Shown: one piece after another, positions 9,530-19,300 of the stretch | How the letters are laid out: each line of letters starts with the position of its first letter | Numbering within the stretch: the stretch's first letter is position 1 | Virus record (IMG/VR): IMGVR_UViG_3300033273_000613 | Coordinates: 7,689 to 71,688 of that record | Origin: a virus | Reading direction: 5' to 3' (one strand) | Length of the DNA stretch: 64,000 nucleotides | Position numbers and translations under genes: made by a program | Notes under the pieces: model-generated | What the model was told of the DNA's origin: nothing | The model's database searches: none | What the model saw: only the letters and a program-made list of their open reading frames with translations

Positions 9530-11941
9530 TTATGATTCTTTTCTGAGACTTGCTTCGTAGTGATCAAATCTATCATGTTCTGTTGGTGATAAAAGAAGAA
9601 TCCCTGGTTTAATTACATTCTTTTTTGTCTCTTGAAACATGAATGACATCCAAGTTTGTTCGTGAGGAGAAGCCCATTTTGTATCTAAAAACATTTTTTT
9701 ATTTCCTGTTTTAGAAACTAACTGTGGCCAATTAGAATAATAAACTTCACCATCAGAATATGGTAATCCATTATGTATTTTTATATTATTAAATACAGTC
9801 CTAGGAGCATTAGGATCTAATCCTATCCTAGGAAGTTTACTATAGTCTGGCCAATACTCTTCTCTGACGGATTGTGGTACATTATACCAAGACCACTGGG
9901 TCGAGTTGTCACCATAGAACTCACTAAATGATAGTTTCAAAAAGTCAAAATCTTCTTTATTAATTATTTCTAAAATTGTATCATATAACTTAGCGTGATG
10001 TCTTGGGAAACCATTCCTACATGTACTATCTTTTCCAGAATAAAAGAACATGTCATCTTCGAAGAATAAATAATAATCATATTCATTTTCATCTGCATGT
10101 TCAGCGACAAATTGCCTTCCACCACAGACACCTAAATTTTCATCCATCTTTAAATGAATTGCATTATATTTGTCACACAAAATTTTATATTCATTATATG
10201 TACTTAAATCTGTTGAGTTATCGATCAAGTATATATCAGGTTTTTGCAAAAAATTCTGATCATAATACAACATAGACTTAAACAACGTTTCAACTTGTTT
10301 AGGACTATTAAAAGTAAGTATATATAAAGCAACTTTGTTTACATCTAAATCTGTATTTCCACCAATAATTCTCTTTTTTTCAGATTTTACCTCGTGTTCA
10401 TTGTTTTTTAGATCTTCGAAAAATTTTGATAATAAACCATTATAGTTTATTGAATAGTACTCATATAAACTAGGATTAGTATATAAAAGAATTGAAAAGA
10501 GTGACTCTTCTGTACCCATATATCCATTACCCAATGTGGTCGCCATTAATCCATAATATTCGTTATTAAATTTTTCAATAGCATCTTTTGATCCACCAAA
10601 GAATCCTCCTCTACACACTTTATCAACTTTAGCATTTGTTAATTCGCACATATACTTATAGTCAAATCCATGTATTTCATTATCAGCCTCATATGGGAAA
10701 GCAACAAAAGTAATTTTATTATTATCCTTCAAATTTCTCAAAACTCTGTCGTGAGTAAAATATCCAGGATGTACAGTATTTGAAATACCACCATCTAACC
10801 AGTATAATCTTTTGGAATTGAATTTGTCAAAAATCCTAGCATCATTAAGTAAAAATGGTTTTGACATAACTAACGGATTATACATTTCTAATCTACTCTG
10901 AGTTGAATCAACTAACCATCCAGCTTGATTTTTCCATTCAGGATTATTCCTTATCGATTGAATTTCATCATACATATGATTTTTGAACCAATCTTGAGTC
11001 CTTTTTATAAATTGAGTATTTTCAGTAGTCCTATTTGGATTATCAAATATTAGTTCACTCAAGTCATCATCACCGAATATAATCATGTTGTTCGGTATTG
11101 AAAGTATTTGTTTAAATTTTTCTATATAATGTTTATACGATCTGGACCACCCTTCACTAAGTTCATCTCTCTTAATATTCCATATACCCGTGACAATAGT
11201 AATATCACTATCATCACCTTCTTGATTGACCACTTTTTCACTTTCTTGTGTTATTTCAATTTCTAAAGAGTCTTGTAATCTATTAGTCAAAATTTTATTT
11301 GACTTACCTTTAACAATAAATTTACCTAGTTGACCACAAACTTCCTCTACATCGTAATGAATTCCTCTTTCTCTAAAAAAGTCTCTAATAGCCGCATCTA
11401 CACCAGGTAGATCATGTCTCAAATAATCGTGAAAAAATATCATCCCTCCCTCAACCATTCTATCATACACTTTTACTAAACTATCATATATTGAATCATA
11501 AAAATCACCATCTAAAAATGCAAAAGATATTTTTTCTGGGAGATCTTGTTGTTTAATATCTTTAAACCAACCTTTGACTATTCTATCAGGTGGATTGAGA
11601 TTATTCTGTCTAAAGTTGGATACTAATACGTCTTTGGTAGTCTTTAAAGTAAATGGTCTCCATCCAGTATTTTCTTCCCATTCACTTAATTCTGGTAAAC
11701 CTTCAAAAGAATCATAGACATATAACTTTTTATCACTTTGGTTAGTGTCTAACGTTTTTCTGAGATACTTGCTTGATTCTCCAACATAACATCCCAATTC
11801 AACAACGTCACCATCTAAATTACTTTCTAAAACTGTATTTAAGTTGATCACTAGGTGCATTATTTGCTCGTGGTTTATAATACTACCATCAACTTTTTTA
11901 TTATGAAACGTTAAAATTTCAGAAATTTTCCCACTCATCAT
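9530..11941 (-). CDS. Trimodular glycan-modifying enzyme: TylF/MycF-type O-methyltransferase + HtrL/YibB-like domain + GT2-like (GT-A) glycosyltransferase
   Basis: The N-terminus has TylF motifs GDVVELGCYVGES, YDSFEGLP, VKGWF, AFLDGDFYDS and FHDY. The middle has HtrL-like ITIVTGIWNIKR...RSYKHY, SKPFLL and YWLDGG. The C-terminus has GT-A motifs YILTFN, LIDNS, ENLGVCGGR and FFEDD. Confidence 0.8.
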   Translation of the reverse strand: MMSGKISEILTFHNKKVDGSIINHEQIMHLVINLNTVLESNLDGDVVELGCYVGESSKYLRKTLDTNQSDKKLYVYDSFEGLPELSEWEENTGWRPFTLKTTKDVLVSNFRQNNLNPPDRIVKGWFKDIKQQDLPEKISFAFLDGDFYDSIYDSLVKVYDRMVEGGMIFFHDYLRHDLPGVDAAIRDFFRERGIHYDVEEVCGQLGKFIVKGKSNKILTNRLQDSLEIEITQESEKVVNQEGDDSDITIVTGIWNIKRDELSEGWSRSYKHYIEKFKQILSIPNNMIIFGDDDLSELIFDNPNRTTENTQFIKRTQDWFKNHMYDEIQSIRNNPEWKNQAGWLVDSTQSRLEMYNPLVMSKPFLLNDARIFDKFNSKRLYWLDGGISNTVHPGYFTHDRVLRNLKDNNKITFVAFPYEADNEIHGFDYKYMCELTNAKVDKVCRGGFFGGSKDAIEKFNNEYYGLMATTLGNGYMGTEESLFSILLYTNPSLYEYYSINYNGLLSKFFEDLKNNEHEVKSEKKRIIGGNTDLDVNKVALYILTFNSPKQVETLFKSMLYYDQNFLQKPDIYLIDNSTDLSTYNEYKILCDKYNAIHLKMDENLGVCGGRQFVAEHADENEYDYYLFFEDDMFFYSGKDSTCRNGFPRHHAKLYDTILEIINKEDFDFLKLSFSEFYGDNSTQWSWYNVPQSVREEYWPDYSKLPRIGLDPNAPRTVFNNIKIHNGLPYSDGEVYYSNWPQLVSKTGNKKMFLDTKWASPHEQTWMSFMFQETKKNVIKPGILLLSPTEHDRFDHYEASLRKES

Positions 11942-11949
11942 TTTTTAAA

Positions 11950-13218
11950 TTATAAATTTCCAGTTAATCTTTCACACCACCCTTTTTCTGTGGAGTATGG
12001 CCAAACAACCCAATATGCCGGTTTTTCAGTAATATTAAATTCTCTCCAAATTTTACAGTATCCATCGGGATCCCTCATCATCCTATCAATTTCTGACTTA
12101 TCCGCATCTTTTCTGTAAATGGTTTTGTCATCACTATCATGGAATGCAACAACCCAGAATTCATAATCCTTTTCCGGAACAGAATCATAACCTACATCAA
12201 TACAATGTTTATATATTGTTGCAAAACTCTCTAACCATGATTCTTCATCACCGTAATGATCAATTCCTGGGTTTGGTGGATAGTGCTTGTCTAGAGTATA
12301 TTGTTGAATACCTCTTTTTCCAAAGTGTAATCCTGAATATTCCTCATATTCTTGAAGTGTTCTGACAGAACCAAATCCATATTCACCATCATGACCTTCT
12401 TGTTCCTCACCATCCATCGCAAAAAGTTTCCTGTTAGTTGCGTGAGATTTTTGGTTTCTACTTACCCATTGCTTATCATCGTCCCACTGTTTTGTACGAC
12501 CTTTTCTAGTATATTCGTGCCATATGAGAACTTTATGTGGGTGGAATAAATCATACCCCCAAGTGTAAGCCCTAGCAGCTATTGAAATTTCTTCTCCATG
12601 GAAATAATATTCTGGATTGTGTTGGACCTCTGTTGAAAACTTACCAAGAGTAAACGCGTAATGTGCAGAATAGAATCTAGACGGTACTGGAGTATCTAAT
12701 TCTTGCCAGTTCGGTATTGTTTCTGGTAAGAAGAATACTGCACCTTCCGGTATAAATCGGTCAAACGCCATTCTCCAGGGTTCTTGTACTCTAGCTTGAG
12801 GATCATTGTCTGGATCAAAAGATGATACGTAAGCAGTTAATAAAGGTTTTGGAATTCCCTGTTTTTGTAACTGTTTTACCATATCAATCATTTCAACATC
12901 CCAATTAGGTGCAAAACGCATGTGTGAGTCAATTTGTAATGTATATGTTTCACCACTATACACTTGTTGTACTTGGTGTCTTGCCCAACAGACTCCTTTA
13001 CTTTCTTGGTAAGGTACATCGATAATTCTAAATCTTTTATCTTTAGAATACTTATCTAAATTATCAAAACCATCTTCTGGATGGTATTGTCTACAAACAC
13101 CGATGACCAAGTTTTTAGGTCTTTTAGCGTTTTTAATCATATCTTCAATTGTCTTAACTAATTCAGGATCCCTGTAAGACGCTATTTGTACGAATATTGT
13201 TTCTTTTTTTCTAGGCAT
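11950..13218 (-). CDS. GT60-family (Gnt1/Gnt2-like) polypeptide N-acetylglucosaminyltransferase
   Basis: TIFVQIASYRDPEL, GVCWARH, LQIDSHMRF (the DSH motif), FHGEEISIAARAYTWGYDLFHP and IWHEY match the GT60 GlcNAc-transferase pattern. There is no signal anchor. Confidence 0.85.
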   Translation of the reverse strand: MPRKKETIFVQIASYRDPELVKTIEDMIKNAKRPKNLVIGVCRQYHPEDGFDNLDKYSKDKRFRIIDVPYQESKGVCWARHQVQQVYSGETYTLQIDSHMRFAPNWDVEMIDMVKQLQKQGIPKPLLTAYVSSFDPDNDPQARVQEPWRMAFDRFIPEGAVFFLPETIPNWQELDTPVPSRFYSAHYAFTLGKFSTEVQHNPEYYFHGEEISIAARAYTWGYDLFHPHKVLIWHEYTRKGRTKQWDDDKQWVSRNQKSHATNRKLFAMDGEEQEGHDGEYGFGSVRTLQEYEEYSGLHFGKRGIQQYTLDKHYPPNPGIDHYGDEESWLESFATIYKHCIDVGYDSVPEKDYEFWVVAFHDSDDKTIYRKDADKSEIDRMMRDPDGYCKIWREFNITEKPAYWVVWPYSTEKGWCERLTGNL

Positions 13219-13251
13219 TTTATTATATTTTACTTAGAAAAATTCGTAAAA

Positions 13252-13259
13252 TATAAATA
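13252..13259 (-). promoter_or_regulatory. TATTTATA motif overlapping an 11-bp inverted repeat upstream of the GT60 gene
   Basis: The motif is 33 nt upstream of the ATG at 13218; inverted-repeat arms are at 13223-13233 and 13246-13256. Confidence 0.35.
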
Positions 13260-13318
13260 ATTGTAAAGTGATTATTGAATCTAAAAACTAGAAAGTATAA
13301 TAGCCTTATTATCCACCA

Positions 13319-16300
13319 TCATTTTTCAGGACTACTAAAACTATTAAAGAATTGTATACCATCACCTATATGAGCCAAACCATGATAATAAGATTCAAAA
13401 TTAACAGTTGTGAATGGTTGAGTAATATTAATAGTTACATCACCATAGACAAACAAATACTCATTACCATCTATACCGTCTTTTAATCCTCTTTCAAATT
13501 GACCCGAATATGTGAATCCTGGTGTAAATCTATTATAGAATGCAATTGCGAAGTCTGCCTTTACATCTTTAATTGTAAATACTCCTAAACCAACCCCATA
13601 TTCAGAATTGTAACCACCACCATTAAATGAATATCTATATCCCTCATCACCAAATAAGATTCCAACTGTAGTACTAGTTGTTAATGGAATCACATTTGTT
13701 AATTGAGTCGGTGTCATACTAGGTGTCAAAGTAGGTGTTGGTGTCTGATTTGGTGTAGATGAAGGTGTTATCATATTTTCTTGATAATAAGTCGGTAAAT
13801 AGTCATTACATGAGTCACAGTCTTCGAACTTGATTACATTGTCAAGATATTCATATCCCGGAATCTCACCAGGAATTTCTTCAATAACCCACCAACAATA
13901 TAAATTATATATGATTCTATCATTAACACTTAGATCACCACTAATATTTACTATCTCATAATTATTATTTTCACAGCTAAACAAGACATATGACTTATAA
14001 CAAGAAACTTGTTCGGTACAAGTATAACAATTATTAAAATTAGTTTGATCAACATATTCATAACCAAAGAACGGACCAACAGCCAAACTTTCAAATAACT
14101 CATAACAACCAGCCTCACCAGTAGCTATTGTACCAACTGGTAAATATTCACTAGCATTTACATAAGTATATTCTGATGTACAACATGATTTAGCCAATCT
14201 TAATCTAAACGAAGGAGTTGAAGTTGGTGTTTTAGTAACAGTCACTGATGGTGTAGGTGTAACCGTTGGTCTTATAACCCTATTTGAACTATAACAAACA
14301 TCGCAATCAGTATACCAACTATTTACACTAGGAGCCTGATTATTTCTAGGAGATTCCAATTGCATAACTCGTTTGTAACAAGTTGAAGAATCCGGATCTT
14401 TAACAACACCATTAACCGGGAAGTCAGCAACTATATTAAAATACTTGTACTTTGTGTCATCATCACAAGAAACACATAAATAATAGAGATATGAATAACG
14501 TGCCGCGGTTGTACTAGCAGGTGTTCTTGTAAGTGTTTTAGTAGGTGTCAGAGTTGGTGTAGTAGTAGGTGTAGGTGTGAAACAGACATTATCATTCAAA
14601 CAATCACTAATCGTATTTCCTGTAAAGTATTGTGGTGTAAATAGTTCCGTACCATTACCTCCATTTATTCCCACTAAAGTAACACATTCACCACTAAATA
14701 CACCCACAATTCCAAAGTTAACTGGTATCTGAGCAACTGCACTGTAAATATTTCCACTACATATACCACTCAATTGTACTTTAACTAGGTTTGGTGTTGA
14801 AGTTGGTGTTGGTGTAATATCTTGTCTAGTTATCGATGGTGTTGGACTATTAGTAACTGTCGGAGTTGGGAACGGAGTCTTTGTAATTGTTTTAGTTGGC
14901 GTAGCAGTTGGTGTGACACTAGCTGTTGGTGTTGGTGTAACTCCATCACAAGTTAGATTATTCAATTGATAACATTGTGAACAGTTATCATAAGAATCAA
15001 TTACATATGGATATATTGAATTTGAGTTACCACTAAATTGGAAGAATGGATCAGGAAGTTGTGTATAACAATCTGAATCATGATAGAATACTTTATACTC
15101 ATCAGCAAAATAGTATGATTCAGGTACATTGAAGTAGTATAAGTCATTATAAGTGAGACCTGTCTGATCTGGTAGACAACAATTTTTAATAAACGCAGTC
15201 AAAATAAATCTAGTACTAGGACTTACAGTAGGTGTAAGACTAGATGTAATAGATGGCGTAGGAGTTGTCGTATTAGTTGGTGTTTGTGAAATTAATGGTG
15301 TTGGACATGGATAATTTTCAGAACATTGAGTCAATCCTGTGAAATTAGTATTACTAGCATATAATTGATTAAAAGGTTCAATAGATGGTACTATTTGTAA
15401 AATAGTGAAACACCGTTGAACTGTGTAAGTTAAATACGGGTAATCTAATATTACAATATCACCAACTTGTGAATTCTGACTAACATTACCTATTACATAA
15501 TTGACTGGTGGACAGTTTCCACTCAATGCTGCAATAACCCATTCCATTGACTTACTAGGTGTTGGTGTATTTGTTAATGATGTAGTAGGTGTCACTGATG
15601 GTATAAACGGAACATTGGTAGGTGTCGGAGTAATCGACGCAGTTGGCGAATTCGAAGGTGTGTTAGTTGGTGTCAATCCCGGGGTAGCAGTTGTAGATGG
15701 TGTAATAACTGGGGTTGACGAATTTGTATTACTTGGAGTTACTGTTGTTGTACTTGTAACTGTATTTGTATTAGTTGGTGTTACAGTTCTAGTTGGTGTT
15801 ACCGAAGGTGTCACACTACTTGTAGGTGTATTAGTCGGTGTTGTTGTTGGTGTACTACTATTTGTAGGTGTAGGACTAATACAAGTATTTCCAGTAAATG
15901 TACATGGATAAATTCCTGTGGCATATGAACTATTATAACCATCAGTAATATAAGTAAACAAAGTGAAACATTGTGCACTGAACCCAACAGTATCACCAGT
16001 TGTTAAACCTAAATGACTACTAATGTTAACACCCGCATATGTTAATGAACATTCATCATAAGCAACCCATTGTACAAAATCCGGTGTCGGACTTAGTGTT
16101 GGTGTAGGTGTTAGGGAGGCATTAGGTGTAACTGTAACCGTAGGTGTCACAGTATTTGTCGGTGTATTTGTTGGTGTGTTTGTTGATGTTGGTGTATTGG
16201 TAGGTGTGGGTGTACTTGTCTGGAATGTAGTTTTAGTTATTGATGGTGTTGGTGTATTTGTAGGCGTATTAGAAGGTGTTGCGGTATTTGTTGATGTTGG

Positions 16301-19300
16301 TGTAGGCGTTTGTGTAGATCCCTCTGAAGGTGATGGTGAAGGTGTTGGAGTTGAAGTTGAAGTTGGATCTGGAGTTTGATCGATAGACTTTGAAATCGTT
16401 GGGGTAACAGTCTGAGAATTTGTTGGTGTATTAGTAGGTGTCTGAGTTGTTGTCGATGTGTTTGTCGGTGTTGGTGTAGTTGTTTGTGAACTTGTTGGTG
16501 TATTTGTAGGTGTTACCGATGTTGTTGGACTGTTTGTTGGCGTATTTGTTGGACATACTCCATGTGCATTCTGACACTGAACTACAGTGTCATAATATAG
16601 ACCATAATATGTGGGTAAGGATGGTGCATCATAACTATATACTTCAGTAATAGTATAACAATCATATTCAACGCTGACGGTTTTTCCTGATGACCCATTA
16701 AGTATATTATAATAAATTACATCATTACTATCACAAACATTTACTAATTTACCTAGGACAATCGAAGTTGTTGTCGTAGGTGTTGGTGTCGCAGTTTCAG
16801 TATTAGTTGGTGTTGGTGTTGGAGTTAGACAAACCACAGCACTTGTACAAGTCTCACAATCGTCATACACCCCAAAGATAGTCGTATCATAATTACTATT
16901 ATATGGGATTACCTCAACTACCTCATAGCAATTATTTTCCTCTATGTTCCAGTAAACACGCCCAGGTTTAAGATATAAACCAAAGTTTGTGTATCCGTTG
17001 AAGAATGTATAATCACCGTAACAACAAGATCTCATGACGTAACTCTGTAAACCTCTAGTTAACGAAGGTGTAGGAGTCTGACTCGATGTTGGAGTATTAG
17101 TTTTAGTAATCGTTGGTGTCTGTGATACCGTAGCTGTCGGTGTGACTGTTGATGTGACAGATGGTGTAGGTGTTGGTGTAAGACATGGATGTGCTGAGAG
17201 ACATTCAGAGTCGCTACTAAATTGGAAATTAACTGGTCCCAAAACCTCTCCAAGAGGGACAAATTCATCTGAGAATATGTAGGTAATCTCCCAACAACTA
17301 TTACTATAAAAACCGAAATTCCCTATAATAGGGTCAGTAGCAGAATAGAAGACTTCACCAAACAATTGATAACTAGGAGAACCAGAAAAACATATTGGAA
17401 ACGCATAAACCAATTTTAATGTACTCGTCCTAGTTATTGATGGTGTTACACTATTAGTTGGGGTATTTGTAGCCGTATTAGTTGGTGTTTGAGTTTGTGT
17501 TCTTGTAGGTGTTGGTGTATTACAAACATTAGTATCGGTACACTCTGAACAAGTATCAAAATTAGTCGAAAGAGCAATCTCTGAAGTACCAGTATATCCA
17601 GTAACTTGTGTAGTCAATGTAAAACACTGTGAACTGACCTCTACGATATCACCCACTTGACTTCCAAATGGTGCAGATACAAATTTTACATCACCATTAC
17701 AACATCCACTTGCACTCCACACATAATAAGTTTGAGTTCTAGTTACTGTAGGTGTCTGAGAAGTTGTTGGCGTATTAGAAGGAGTTACAGTCGCTTTAGG
17801 TGTCTTTGTAACCGTTTGTGTTGGTGTCAATGTTGTTGTAGGTGTTGGTGTCAAAGTGGGACAAGGTTCCCTATCAGTACATGCAGTACATGCGGTATAA
17901 GATACGTACTCACCACTTTCGTAATCAATTAAATCATAACTGTTACCCGTAATTTCGATGATTGTATAACACTCTCCCTGATACCTAATAACTGTACCAA
18001 TTGTGAAATCATTTGGTGCCCTTAATAATAATTCATCCGCGTCTCCTTGGAAATCTGTACAACAGCTTATTACCCTTACACCTCTGGTGTCTGCACTAGC
18101 TGATGGTGTTGGTGCAGGAAGTTTACCAGAGTCAACACTAGAAGTTGGTGTAGGTGTAGGTGTTTGAGACCTAGTTGGTGTATTTGTCGGCGTGTTTGAT
18201 GATGTCACTGTAGGAGTTAGTGTGCTTGTTGGTGTCTGTGTCGGCGTTACACATACATTTTCTGCGATACATACATCACAGTTTTCGAAATGTTCAGTAT
18301 CAACGTAATTACCATCATTACAAGGACCGTCATATAAGAATGATAGGTTATGAAAACATTCACCTGAAAATATTACAGTATCATTATAATTGAAAATAGA
18401 AGGTACTGATAAAATTTTTGGATTACCACTACAGCACGATCTAGCAGCTACACATTTATAAAATATTGTCGATGTGGGTGTCGCGGCGGGAGTTTTAGTT
18501 ACAGTCTTAGTAGGTGTAGCTGTTTGTGACGGAGTAATACTTGGAGTCTGGGGTGGGGTCTTAGTGTTAGTAGGAGTATTAGTTTGTGTACTTGTTGTTG
18601 TAACAGTCGCAGTTGGTGTTGGGGTATTAGATGAAGATATAGTAGGTGTTAAATTAGGAGTGACACTATTTGTAGGTGTAGGTTGGGGTGTTTTAGTAAT
18701 TGTCGGTGTCTGAGTGACTACAGGCGTTTTAGTTTGTGTCGGTGTGTTAGTAGGTGTTAAAGTGTTTGTAACACTTACCGTTGGTGTTTGTGTAATTGTA
18801 CCAGTAATAGAAGGTGTATTAGTTACTGTAGGTGTTTGTGAAGGATCAGGTGGTCCACAAGGTGAAAATTGTGTACAGTATTCACAGTCTTCAAATATCG
18901 ATGTTATTTGTGGATACTGATTGTTTACTTCCTCATCAAAAATAACTTGTATACTATAACAATCACCATCGAAGAATATTGATTTATCAATTTCTGGATT
19001 TAAAAAGGTTGGTACATTAACCGCAATCCATTCTGTTACATCATAACAACAATTTTTTACAGCAACTACTGTTTTGTAAACAATTTCTTGTGTTGGTGTT
19101 AAAGTTTGGGTTGGGGTCGGAGTAGGTGTACATGGATTTTCAGCTTGACAAAGATTACAGTTTAAGTAAAAATTATCGATCTCTGGGTAAACAGTACCCT
19201 CAAAAACCGTATCAGGTAGTGGAACATTCATGAATGTGTAATAACATTCATTTTCATATTCGAAATAAAATGTATTGTTTAGTTGATTCTCACTTACATC

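Noticed and set aside
9514-9530. AATTTTT-ATA-AAAAATT palindrome after the methyltransferase/GT gene
   Set aside because: An A/T-only 7-bp stem is expected by chance in this composition and is too weak to call a terminator.
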